Part shown: positions 10,927 to 20,838 of the stretch, in pieces
Position numbering within the stretch: the stretch's first letter is position 1
Layout: every line of letters starts with the position of its first letter
DNA from: an uncultured bacterium
GTDB taxonomy: Bacteria > Bacteroidota > Bacteroidia > Bacteroidales > Bacteroidaceae
DNA length: 64,000 nucleotides
NCBI GenBank assembly: GCA_905215345.1
Contig: CAJMPR010000004.1
Location: forward strand, 286,623 to 350,622
Reading direction: 5' to 3'
Position numbers and translations under genes: made by a program
The notes under the pieces: model-generated
The model's input: the letters and a program-made list of their open reading frames with translations, nothing else
The model's database searches: none
What the model was told of the DNA's origin: nothing

Positions 10927-11490
10927 ATGGACAATATCATTAGTAGAATCAGGCAAATTTACCCGGTTTCCGACGAGGCACTCCAAGCTTTACTGGCAAA
11001 TATGCAGGTAAGATATTACCCTAAAGACACTTGTATAGTGCAATCGGGTATAACGGACCGTTTGGTTTATTTCATTGAAGAAGGAGTCGCCCGCTCCGTA
11101 TTCCACCATGACGGGCAAGATACCACTACTTGGTTCAGCCAGGAAGGTGATGTAACCTTCGGTATGGACTCATTGTACTACCAACAGCCGTCAGTAGAGA
11201 GCGTTGAAACTCTTTCGGATTGCAAAATCTATGTTATCCATATAGACAAGTTGAATGCTCTTTACGAAACCTATATTGATATAGCCAACTGGGGTAGAAT
11301 TCTACATCAGAATGTAAATAAGGAGCTCAGCCACATGTTTGTAGAAAGGCTTCAACTTCCACCCAAGGAACGATATGAACAATTTAACCACCGTTATCCC
11401 GGATTAATAAACCGGGTGAAGCTGAAATATGTTGCTGCCTTTCTGGGCATTTCCATCTATACACTTAGCCGGGTACGTGCTAAAAGATAA
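10927..11490 (+). CDS. Crp/Fnr-family cyclic-nucleotide-binding protein
   Basis: cNMP-binding fold (VYFIEEGVAR) and C-terminal KERY...LKYVAAFLGISIYTLSRVR; start probably MDNIIS. Confidence 0.85.
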   Translation: MDNIISRIRQIYPVSDEALQALLANMQVRYYPKDTCIVQSGITDRLVYFIEEGVARSVFHHDGQDTTTWFSQEGDVTFGMDSLYYQQPSVESVETLSDCKIYVIHIDKLNALYETYIDIANWGRILHQNVNKELSHMFVERLQLPPKERYEQFNHRYPGLINRVKLKYVAAFLGISIYTLSRVRAKR

Positions 11491-11574
11491 ATATTCATTG
11501 GCCTTTTTGCTTTTAAGCAAAAAAACTTTGTTTCGTATGCCGTATCTTTGGCATCTGAAAATATTAACCAAATA

Positions 11575-12732
11575 ATGGAAAAACAGATGTCGGACTTTTC
11601 ATCTTCAGTCTTCGCAGATACAAAACCGCATTATGACCTTCTTGACGGACTTCGTGGCGTGGCAGCCCTTATGGTTATATGGTATCATATATTCGAAGGT
11701 TACGCTTTTGCCGGTGGCGGTATTATTGAAACTTTCAACCACGGATATCTGGCCGTGGATTTCTTCTTTATCCTTTCAGGTTTCGTTATCGGTTATGCCT
11801 ACGACGACCGTTGGGGCAAGGGATTAACGGTGAAAAAATTCTTCAAACGACGTCTGATACGCCTTCATCCTATGGTAGTGATGGGTGCCGTTCTGGGTGC
11901 TGTCACGTTCTGCATTCAGGGGAGCATGCAATGGGATGGAACGTATGTGCCACTATCAATGATAATGCTGTCATTGCTCTGTACGATATTTTTTATTCCT
12001 GCGATGCCGGGTGTCGGTTATGAGGTTCGTGGTAATGGGGAAATGTTCCCGCTGAATGGACCTTGCTGGTCATTGTTTTTTGAATATATAGGTAATATTC
12101 TTTATGCCCTGTTTATCCGTCGTTTGTCAAACAAGATGCTGGCGGTAGTAACAGCGCTGCTGGGAATAGCATTGGTCTTGTTCGCTATTTTCGATGTCTC
12201 CGGTTATGGAAATATGGGAGTAGGTTGGACATTGGATGGAGTAAACTTTGCGGGAGGATTATTGAGAATGCTTTTCCCATTCTCCATGGGTATGTTACTG
12301 TCGCGTAACTTCAAACCCATCAAATTGAGAGGTGCTTTTTGGATATGTTCCATTCTATTGATAGCCTTGTTTTCGGTACCTTATCTGGAAGGGATGGAGC
12401 CGGTTTGTACAAATGGTATTTATGAAGCATTTTGTGTGGTTGTAGCTTTCCCCATTCTCCTTTGGATAGGAGCGTCGGGGACTACAACTGATAAAAAATC
12501 AACCAAGATATGTAAATTCCTGGGAGATATATCTTATCCGATCTATGTGATACATTACCCATTCATGTATTTATTCTACGCATGGCTGATTAAAAACCAA
12601 CTCTTCACATTAGAACAGACTTGGCAAGTTGCCTTGTGTGTCTACGCATGGAATATATTGTTGGCTTATCTATGCCTGAAACTGTATGACGAACCGGTGC
12701 GGAGATACTTGGCTAAACGTTTGGGACATTGA
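11575..12732 (+). CDS. Acyltransferase family 3 (OafA-like) membrane protein
   Basis: LDGLRGVAALMVIWYH, AVDFFFILSGFV, RRLIRLHP, WSLFFE, LGDISYPIYVIHYP; many TM segments. Confidence 0.9.
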   Translation: MEKQMSDFSSSVFADTKPHYDLLDGLRGVAALMVIWYHIFEGYAFAGGGIIETFNHGYLAVDFFFILSGFVIGYAYDDRWGKGLTVKKFFKRRLIRLHPMVVMGAVLGAVTFCIQGSMQWDGTYVPLSMIMLSLLCTIFFIPAMPGVGYEVRGNGEMFPLNGPCWSLFFEYIGNILYALFIRRLSNKMLAVVTALLGIALVLFAIFDVSGYGNMGVGWTLDGVNFAGGLLRMLFPFSMGMLLSRNFKPIKLRGAFWICSILLIALFSVPYLEGMEPVCTNGIYEAFCVVVAFPILLWIGASGTTTDKKSTKICKFLGDISYPIYVIHYPFMYLFYAWLIKNQLFTLEQTWQVALCVYAWNILLAYLCLKLYDEPVRRYLAKRLGH

Positions 12733-13669
12733 TATTCTCGTTTTCCTCTTTCCAGTTGTCAACATTGAAATCACCGGAAGTCTGGTCGGAGAAAATATCA
12801 CCCAGACTCAAGGTTAAATTCAGTCTTGTATTGGCTGTGAATGGAGTAGTAAGAGTCTGCTTGAAACTTTTTACTGCACCATTCTTCAGAATTATCGACA
12901 ATTGAAACTCCGGCTTTCCGGAAGAAGGAAATAACATAACAGTGGCGTTACCCATTTGCGTGCCATCTGTAGAACGTACTAAAGGAAATGCAATTGTACA
13001 AGGGGTGCCTTGCGCTTTACCGGTGTAGTAGTTTAAACCGCTGTATATATTGGTGACGCGTACGGCCATACTGTCTATGCTGGAACTCAGCACACCATTA
13101 TCTTTATCCTTTACGGTAACTTTCAGTCCTGCTACAACTCTTTTTAGGGAGGCTTTCAAACTTTCCGTGCCAATGTTGGCAGGTTGTACGGCATGCACCA
13201 AGTCGAATACCGGATAATAAATGGTATCTGCCGATACCTTGATCAATGTGAGTGCCTGCTGGGACAAATCGCTGCCGATAGTGAGAGCTGCCTCCCTTAC
13301 TGCCGGATTAGTGTAGATTGGTTCTTTGTATTGAGGTGTTCCCCAATATATCATATTATAAGTTCCTGTTGGTAAGGAAATCTCCCGGTTAACGGCTCCT
13401 TCGAGGAATGTACCGTCTTTCACTTTGTAATAACCATCGAAAGGGGTTAATTGACCATTGACGTAATTACCATAGTAGATGGAGCTATTAACTTTACAGG
13501 GAGCAACGGTCAGAATACCTGTCAACGGGCTTTGTCCGCTTGTGGTACTTACGCTCATCTCTAATGCCGGACTGACAAGGTCCTGGTCATCTGTTCCGTT
13601 AGAATTGTTGTCATCCGAACAGCTTGCTGCAAAAAGTGCAATGGTTATAAGTGCTATTAGTTTATTCAT
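12713..13669 (-). CDS. FimB/Mfa2-like (type V pilin-like) lipoprotein
   Basis: Lipobox AASC followed by acidic SDD; LPTGTYNMIYWG, LKRVVAGLKV and C-terminal FNVDNWKE resemble type V pilus proteins. Confidence 0.6.
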   Translation of the reverse strand: MNKLIALITIALFAASCSDDNNSNGTDDQDLVSPALEMSVSTTSGQSPLTGILTVAPCKVNSSIYYGNYVNGQLTPFDGYYKVKDGTFLEGAVNREISLPTGTYNMIYWGTPQYKEPIYTNPAVREAALTIGSDLSQQALTLIKVSADTIYYPVFDLVHAVQPANIGTESLKASLKRVVAGLKVTVKDKDNGVLSSSIDSMAVRVTNIYSGLNYYTGKAQGTPCTIAFPLVRSTDGTQMGNATVMLFPSSGKPEFQLSIILKNGAVKSFKQTLTTPFTANTRLNLTLSLGDIFSDQTSGDFNVDNWKEENENINVPNV

Positions 13670-13890
13670 TATTTGTTAAGTTTCAGGTTATTCCTTTAGA
13701 GAACATTTTTCCTTTCAAATAGTTCTCCGTCCTAAAAAGAATCTATATTTGTATGAATCGGAACACAATGGAACTAACACAAATTATAAAAAGGGGGAAA
13801 AAGGTGATAAGACCGGTTGCCAGATACGTAATTTTGTAGTGAATGAATAACACTTTATCCCCCTTTGAGAGTGCTTGGAGGGGGATAAGA

Positions 13891-13998
13891 TACAAATCAT
13901 ACCATTGTTAGCAACATTTCAGGGATAGCGATTAACCAATCTGTCTGCTATTCGTAACAATATCTCTACATACCTTCCTTTCTCATTTCATACATTTG
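13891..13998 (+). promoter_or_regulatory. Putative HTCS operator (21-22 bp period direct repeats) and -7 promoter of susC
   Basis: TACAAATCATACC-N9-AACATTTC matches motifs at 29092 and 35242; TACATTTG at 13991. Confidence 0.65.
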
Positions 13999-14063
13999 TC
14001 ATGATTTTCTTTTGCATACGAAAAAGAATACAATCTTTGATATTAACCATTAAATAATGTACA

Positions 14064-17000
14064 ATGAGAAAAGCATTTTTGGAAAAGTGCATAAATCTGC
14101 ATTTATGCCGTATTGCATGGGTATTACTCCTCCTGATACCTGCAATCAATAGCCTTCAGGCTAATCCTTCTCAAAGCAAAACCGTTTCGGGAATTGTGAC
14201 ATCTGCCACAGACAACGAACCTTTGATTGGTGTCAGTGTTCAGGTGAAAGAAGCCGGAATCGGAGCAATCACCGACGTTGACGGCAGGTATTCTGTCGCT
14301 GCCCGGCCGGGACAGACGCTGGTGTTTTCCTATATCGGCTATCAATCGCAAGAAATCAAGGTGAGTACCTCTTCTACAGTTAATGTATCTTTGAAAGAAG
14401 ATACTGAAATGTTGGACGAAGTGGTCGTAGTGGGTTACGGTGTTCAGAAGAAGAAACTGGTGACCGGTGCTACGGTTCAGGTGAAAGGTGAGGAACTTGC
14501 CAAATTGAATACGAACAATCCTCTGCAAGCCATGCAAGGGCAGACCCCCGGTGTGAACATTATCAGTGAATCCGGTCAACCTGGTTCGGACATGAAAGTT
14601 ATCATTCGCGGTCAGGGTTCTAACTCCAGTAATGGACCTCTTTATGTGGTAGACGGTATTCCCGGGGTAGACATTAAAAATATCAGTCCGAGTGATATAG
14701 CCAGTATTGATGTGCTGAAGGATGCCGCTTCCGCTGCCATTTATGGTGCTCAGGCTGCCAATGGTGTGGTATTGGTCACTACAAAAACCGGTAAGGAAGG
14801 TAAAGCCCAAGTATCGTTTGACGCTTATTACGGTTGGCAGAGTGCTGCTCGTAAGATAGAACTTTGTAATGCCGAACAGTATATGACATTGATGGACGAA
14901 CAAGCCTTGAATTCGGGTAATTCAGTTTATGACTGGAATAAATATTCTTCTATATATGATGCGAATGGTAACGTGAATAATACCGATTGGATGGACGAAA
15001 TGTTCAAGGGCAATGCTACTACGCAGAATTATACATTGGGCGTTATTGGTGGTTCAGCTACTACTACGTATGCGGTGTCTTTGGGATATTACAATCAGGA
15101 AGGTATCGTAGGAGGCTCCAAAGCATCCAATTATGAACGCTATAATTTCCGTATCAATTTGGAACAGAAACTCTACAAAGATTTCTTGAAAGTAGGAGAG
15201 AACGTTTCGTTCGCTTATGTGAAAAGTGCCGGTATAGGTACCGGCAACATGTATAACAATGCATTCAGGGGCGCTTACGGAACTACTCCCCTTCAGGCTC
15301 TTTATTTACAGCCGGACGGTCGTGCCGATTTGAATAATGGTTATAGTTATTCAACTGCTACAGACTGGTATCAGTATGACGGTAATCCTGTAGCCAGTAT
15401 GTACCGTAATCAGAAACTTTCTGACAGTCAAACTTGGAACGTTAATGTATATGCCGAAATACAACCCGTTAAGAATCTGAAGATAAAAACCCAGTTGGGA
15501 TTTAATCAAGGTAGCAGTTCCTATCGTGAATATAAACCGGCTTATGTGTCAACAACTAATGACAGCCAGGGAGATACAACAGTATCTCAAAGCATGTATA
15601 AAGGTTGGACTTTGATATGGACCAATACTGCCACTTACGACTGGACGTTGGGTAGCCATGCTTTCAATGCCTTGATTGGTATGGAAGCGGAAAGAAATGC
15701 AGGTGATAATATGAGTGGTAATAACAAGTTGCTTGACATTTATGCTGCTTGGAATACAGCCTATTTAAACAATGCGATAAACATCAATGCCGGTGAATTG
15801 AAAGGATATCCTGTGGACGATTATCGTCGCGTGTCTTATTTCGGTCGTTTAGGGTGGACGTTCAATGACAGATATATGGTGAACGCCACTTTACGCTCGG
15901 ACGGTTCTTCACGTTTCGCCTCGGGGCACCGCTTTGGGTGGTTTCCTTCTGTTTCGGCAGGTTGGGTTATTTCGGAAGAAAAGTTCATGGAGAGCACTAA
16001 AAGCTGGATGGACCTCTTAAAACTGCGTGCCAGTTGGGGGCAAGTAGGTAATAACAGTATCGGTGAGAACCGTTTTAGAGCGAGTGTGACACTGGAAGGT
16101 GCCGGTTACAATTTCGGTACAGGTAAAGGTACTGAGCTCAATTCTGTAGGTGCTTATGCCAGTTCCTTGGGTAACGATGAGTTGAAGTGGGAAACTTCGG
16201 AGCAGACTAATATAGGTTTAGACGCCCGTTTCCTGGATAACCGTTTGGGATTGAACTTCGACTGGTATTATAAAACGACCAAAGATTGGGTAGTTCAGGC
16301 GCCGGTAATTGCGACGGCCGGTGTTAACAAAGACGGATGGCCTTATATCAATGGTGGTGATGTAACTAACAAAGGTTTTGAGGTTGGCTTGGTATGGAAT
16401 GACCGGATAGGGAAGGATTTTGCTTATAATATAGGTGGAAACCTGGCATATAACAAGAATGAGGTAGGGAGTATTCCTACCGAAGGTGGTATTTTGCACG
16501 GTTCTACTAATATCATGTTCAATAATCAGTCAGAGTTTTATCGCTGTTCCAATGGAGAACCGATGGGATATTTCTGGGGCTACCGTACGGACGGTTTGTT
16601 CCAGAATCAACAGGAAATCGATGATTGGGTGGCTGCCGGGAACGGTGTACTTTCCAGCGTAGCGCCCGGTGAAGCGAAGTTTGTAGACATTGACCATAAC
16701 GGGGTTATCAATGACGATGACAAAGTAAACTTGGGCAACGGCATTCCTAAGTTAAACTTCGGATTTAATTTGGGCTTTACTTATAAGAATTTTGATTTTT
16801 CTACCACGTGGAATGGTGCCGCAGGCTTCAAAGTTGCTAATGGCGGTTATCGTAATTGGGGTAACTCTGCACAAAGCAATTATACTACTTATTTTTTACA
16901 GCGCTGGACGGGTGAAGGAACATCGAACAGTGTGCCTCGTCTGAGCAATACCGATTCAAGTTGGACAAACTTCTCCGACCTTTATTTGCAGGATGGCGAT

Positions 17001-17234
17001 TATCTGCGCATTGCCAATGTTACTCTGGGGTATGATTTTGCCAAACTTATCAATTGCAAGTATATCAGTCAGGCACGTCTGTATGTGCAGGCACAAAACC
17101 TGTTTACATTTACAAAGTATAACGGAATGGATCCGGAAGTAGGTTTTGGACAAGACAGTTGGATGTCCGGGCTGGATACCGGTAGTTATCCGCACGCAAG
17201 AACTTTCTTGGTCGGTGTAAATCTTAAATTCTAA
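14064..17234 (+). CDS. SusC-like TonB-dependent transporter
   Basis: LDEVVVVGYG, PLYVVDG, IDVLKDAASAAIYGAQAANGVVLVTTK, LKWETSEQ, C-terminal GVNLKF. Confidence 0.97.
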   Translation: MRKAFLEKCINLHLCRIAWVLLLLIPAINSLQANPSQSKTVSGIVTSATDNEPLIGVSVQVKEAGIGAITDVDGRYSVAARPGQTLVFSYIGYQSQEIKVSTSSTVNVSLKEDTEMLDEVVVVGYGVQKKKLVTGATVQVKGEELAKLNTNNPLQAMQGQTPGVNIISESGQPGSDMKVIIRGQGSNSSNGPLYVVDGIPGVDIKNISPSDIASIDVLKDAASAAIYGAQAANGVVLVTTKTGKEGKAQVSFDAYYGWQSAARKIELCNAEQYMTLMDEQALNSGNSVYDWNKYSSIYDANGNVNNTDWMDEMFKGNATTQNYTLGVIGGSATTTYAVSLGYYNQEGIVGGSKASNYERYNFRINLEQKLYKDFLKVGENVSFAYVKSAGIGTGNMYNNAFRGAYGTTPLQALYLQPDGRADLNNGYSYSTATDWYQYDGNPVASMYRNQKLSDSQTWNVNVYAEIQPVKNLKIKTQLGFNQGSSSYREYKPAYVSTTNDSQGDTTVSQSMYKGWTLIWTNTATYDWTLGSHAFNALIGMEAERNAGDNMSGNNKLLDIYAAWNTAYLNNAININAGELKGYPVDDYRRVSYFGRLGWTFNDRYMVNATLRSDGSSRFASGHRFGWFPSVSAGWVISEEKFMESTKSWMDLLKLRASWGQVGNNSIGENRFRASVTLEGAGYNFGTGKGTELNSVGAYASSLGNDELKWETSEQTNIGLDARFLDNRLGLNFDWYYKTTKDWVVQAPVIATAGVNKDGWPYINGGDVTNKGFEVGLVWNDRIGKDFAYNIGGNLAYNKNEVGSIPTEGGILHGSTNIMFNNQSEFYRCSNGEPMGYFWGYRTDGLFQNQQEIDDWVAAGNGVLSSVAPGEAKFVDIDHNGVINDDDKVNLGNGIPKLNFGFNLGFTYKNFDFSTTWNGAAGFKVANGGYRNWGNSAQSNYTTYFLQRWTGEGTSNSVPRLSNTDSSWTNFSDLYLQDGDYLRIANVTLGYDFAKLINCKYISQARLYVQAQNLFTFTKYNGMDPEVGFGQDSWMSGLDTGSYPHARTFLVGVNLKF

Positions 17235-17247
17235 TAAAAGCAACAGT

Positions 17248-18939
17248 ATGAATAAGATAAAATTCAATATGATAGCTATGGGGATGGTGGTATGTACGCT
17301 GTCCGGCTGTAGCGAGAGTTTTTTAGAAACCAGTTCTAAAACAACTCTAAATTCAGGTTCTTTCTACAAGACAGAGGTTCAGGCAGACTATGCGGTGATT
17401 GGTTGTTATGACGGTTATCAGCGTACAGTGTCAAACGGTAGTTGGCCTACCTTGTTTCAAGCAGCCGAACACATGTCGGATGACTGTTTGGGTGGCGGCG
17501 GTCCGGATGACCGTAGCGATCGTTTGATGGACCGTTTCGATATTAGCTACAATCCCGCTCAAGAAGGCTTCAATGGAATTTGGGGAGATTATTATCAAGC
17601 CATCTATCGTTGTAATCTGCTGATTGCTTCACTTGATGACATCACATGGACATCGGAAGAAAAACGTGCAATAGTGGAAAGTGAAGCGCGCGCCCTGCGT
17701 GGGTTAGCTTATTTTGATTTGGTGAAGATGTTCGAGAATGTACCTTTACTCACCACTGCTTCTGCCGAAATCGTTCCACAGGCAAACCCCGATGATGTGT
17801 ATGCCCAGATTGTGGAAGATTTGCAATTTGCGGCGGATAATATGCCTAAAGAACAATATAGAGATAAATCCGCCAATTTGGGACGTGTTACCAAATATGC
17901 AGCAGGAGCAATGTTAGCACGTGTTTACTTATTCTATGACGGTGTTTATAACAATAATGTCGGTGGCGTGATGCCGGGTGAATTGACCAAAGCCGATGCG
18001 TTGAAATATTGCGAGGCACTGATTGGCTCCGGTTATTATGACTTGGAACCGGAATTTGCCGATTTGTGGCCGGCTGCCAGTACCAAAGCCACCTCACAGG
18101 AAGAAGGACGCAAAACGACTTACAAGGAAGCCAGTGAGGAAATAGTATGGGTAGTCAAATTTAACAATGATCAGAATTGGAGTAATAAGAACATCAACGG
18201 TAACCGTTTCATCGTAAACTTGGGTATGCGAAATGTTACTGCTTTTGCTCCTTACGGAAACGGATGGGGTGCTTGTCCTATTACTCCCTATGCGCAAAGT
18301 CTTTTCAGCAATAGTGACAAACGTGGCGAAGCATCCATTATCGATTGTCGCAAGATAGGTGCTTATGATAGTCAGGTGGTTACTGACCATATCGATTATA
18401 CCGGCTATGTCAACAAGAAATATTGCCCGTTGATATTTACTGACGGAACTTCGATGCCTGCGGCGGAGACTACTGTAGAAGGTGGAAATATGCAAACCAA
18501 CCAAGATCAGGATTGGGTTTTGATGCGTTTGTCCGACGTTTATCTGATGGCGGCTGAATTGGGAAGCGCACAAGCCATGGACTATTTCAACAAAGTACGT
18601 GAGCGTGCCTATGGTGACAAATTACACAATATCAGTGGTACTCCTACCAAAGAGCAGATTTGGGAAGAACGTCGTCTTGAATTCATGGGTGAAGGTATTC
18701 GCCATTTCGACTTGCTTCGTCAGGGACTGGATGCGTTTGTCAGTGCACAGCTCGGGCAGGCTACTACAAATGGACGTGCAGGCAGTCCGTCTATTACGGT
18801 TTACAATAATGGTGCGGCCGTGAATATTGCAGATTCATATACAGAGAGCAACATCCGGACGAAAAGAGGGTTCTGTCAGATTCCGCCGACACAGATATCC
18901 TTGTCTGGTGGTATATACAAGCAGAATGCCGGATGGTAA
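17248..18939 (+). CDS. SusD/RagB glycan-binding lipoprotein
   Basis: Lipobox LSGC; EARALRGLAYFDLVKMF, MRLSDVYLMAAE, ERRLEFMGEGIRHFDLLR, QNAGW. Confidence 0.96.
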   Translation: MNKIKFNMIAMGMVVCTLSGCSESFLETSSKTTLNSGSFYKTEVQADYAVIGCYDGYQRTVSNGSWPTLFQAAEHMSDDCLGGGGPDDRSDRLMDRFDISYNPAQEGFNGIWGDYYQAIYRCNLLIASLDDITWTSEEKRAIVESEARALRGLAYFDLVKMFENVPLLTTASAEIVPQANPDDVYAQIVEDLQFAADNMPKEQYRDKSANLGRVTKYAAGAMLARVYLFYDGVYNNNVGGVMPGELTKADALKYCEALIGSGYYDLEPEFADLWPAASTKATSQEEGRKTTYKEASEEIVWVVKFNNDQNWSNKNINGNRFIVNLGMRNVTAFAPYGNGWGACPITPYAQSLFSNSDKRGEASIIDCRKIGAYDSQVVTDHIDYTGYVNKKYCPLIFTDGTSMPAAETTVEGGNMQTNQDQDWVLMRLSDVYLMAAELGSAQAMDYFNKVRERAYGDKLHNISGTPTKEQIWEERRLEFMGEGIRHFDLLRQGLDAFVSAQLGQATTNGRAGSPSITVYNNGAAVNIADSYTESNIRTKRGFCQIPPTQISLSGGIYKQNAGW

Positions 18940-18961
18940 TAAACAATAAAAAGAGAAAGTT

Positions 18962-20788
18962 ATGAGATACAATAAATTTATATATTCAATCATTGCAGGC
19001 TTGCTTATCATAATGAACGCCTGTACACCGGATTCTTATGAGTTGGAAGGGAAAAGTCTGGTATCCGATGATTTGGCTGAAGGATTGGCTTATACGGTGA
19101 CTCATGATGCCGAAAATCCCAACATAGTATATTTAGAAAGTAAACTGGAGGGTAATTATACTCCACTATGGATACATCCGCAAGGGCGTAGCCAGGAAAA
19201 GAAAGTGACATTGAAGATGCCTTTCAATGGTGAATATTCAGTGACGTTCGGTGTAGAGACTCGTGGCGGAGTGGTATATGGTGCTCCTGCTACTTTCTCC
19301 ATTGCTGACTTCTGTGCTGATTTTGTGACCGGCGAGATGTGGGAATATTTAGCCGGTGGTTCCGGCAATTCCAAAACATGGGTACCTGATAATGGCAACT
19401 ATGGTATGAAACAGGGATTCTATTCCTGTTTCGATCCGTCGGCCACTTATTTGGACATGACGCATAATGATGGCAAGAACGATTGGTTTGCCCAAGATAA
19501 AACTTGGTGGGAACCTTCTAATGCAGACATAGGTATTACAGAAGACGATTTGAAGTCATACATGACCTTCTCATTGCAAGGAAAGGCGGGACTGACCGTA
19601 CATCGTTTCACCGGTGGACAAGAAACGGTGACCGAAGGCTTATTCGGCATGAACACCAGTGACCACACCATTTCTGCTGTCGATGTGGATTTTATACACG
19701 GTGAATGGGCCAACAACAATGCGGTGGATTTCAAAAACGGATTCCAGATTTTGGTGCTGACCGAAAACCAGTTGATGATAGGTAATTATCGCGATGAGGC
19801 TTTGTCAGGTGAAGGACGTTGTGTCTACTGTTGGAATTTTGTTTCCAAGGAATGGGCTGATAACTATGTAGTTCCGGTAGATACAAAGGAAGTTTATCCT
19901 GAATTATCTGATGACTGGCGTGACTACGTGGAGCCTAAGACGAACAAGGTCATTACTTATAAATTGTCCGAAGATACTCCGTTTGGCTGGTGTAATCTGG
20001 ATGGCTCTTCCAAAGGGCAGACCGGCATTTCTGCATTGAGCGGAATAGAAGATATTACGCTTGAACTCAATAGTGGCACCGGTGATTATACGTTGACTGA
20101 TGCGGCGGGCAACTCTTATGCGGGTAAATATACGTTGGACAATACCGGCGTTTATACTTTCACTCCGGCATTGCCTGAAATAGTTCTTTCTACAGATGGA
20201 AGAGCGGTGCTGAAGACTGAAGAAGGCGGTACGTTACGTATTATGAATTATGAAACCGATGACTATTCCGGTGCTCTGACTAATTTTTGGCTGGGTAGCA
20301 TTGAAAAAGACGACCAAGGCAAACGCTATCAATATATGGGATATCAGTTCGTGGCACAGACCATTGGCGATAGCGGGCCGAGATTTAAGGCGAACTTGAA
20401 TTTCTTTGATACCGGTTGGGCAACCCTTAATAGCGATGATGTCTTTATAACAGGCGATGGAGATTATACGTTTACCATAACCGGTGCCAATTCTAATCCT
20501 TATGGCTTGTACCTTGATATCCTGAAAATATTGAAAGATTATCCGAATATGGATGTGGCAATTAAAGATATTAAAGTGGACGGTGTAACTATTGAATTCG
20601 ATGATGCTGCCATATCGCGTGGCTATCCGGATGATAAGCCTGAAAGTCAATCCGCACGTCGTTATATCCTTAATCCATGGAATGAAGCTTCCGCCGCAAC
20701 AACTTCAAGGTATGTATTTACTTCAAGTATAGAAGTGATTGTGACGGTTAAGTTCGACAATGGAACTCCTTTTATTCCTGCCGAATAA
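18962..20788 (+). CDS. Putative surface glycan-binding lipoprotein (SGBP-B position)
   Basis: Lipobox MNAC followed by TPDSYE; PKD-like N-terminus; Trp/Tyr-rich beta domains; directly after susD. Confidence 0.7.
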   Translation: MRYNKFIYSIIAGLLIIMNACTPDSYELEGKSLVSDDLAEGLAYTVTHDAENPNIVYLESKLEGNYTPLWIHPQGRSQEKKVTLKMPFNGEYSVTFGVETRGGVVYGAPATFSIADFCADFVTGEMWEYLAGGSGNSKTWVPDNGNYGMKQGFYSCFDPSATYLDMTHNDGKNDWFAQDKTWWEPSNADIGITEDDLKSYMTFSLQGKAGLTVHRFTGGQETVTEGLFGMNTSDHTISAVDVDFIHGEWANNNAVDFKNGFQILVLTENQLMIGNYRDEALSGEGRCVYCWNFVSKEWADNYVVPVDTKEVYPELSDDWRDYVEPKTNKVITYKLSEDTPFGWCNLDGSSKGQTGISALSGIEDITLELNSGTGDYTLTDAAGNSYAGKYTLDNTGVYTFTPALPEIVLSTDGRAVLKTEEGGTLRIMNYETDDYSGALTNFWLGSIEKDDQGKRYQYMGYQFVAQTIGDSGPRFKANLNFFDTGWATLNSDDVFITGDGDYTFTITGANSNPYGLYLDILKILKDYPNMDVAIKDIKVDGVTIEFDDAAISRGYPDDKPESQSARRYILNPWNEASAATTSRYVFTSSIEVIVTVKFDNGTPFIPAE

Positions 20789-20838
20789 ATAAAGAGTGAT
20801 ATAAACTGTCTAATAACAATTATAAATAAGAAAAGAAT

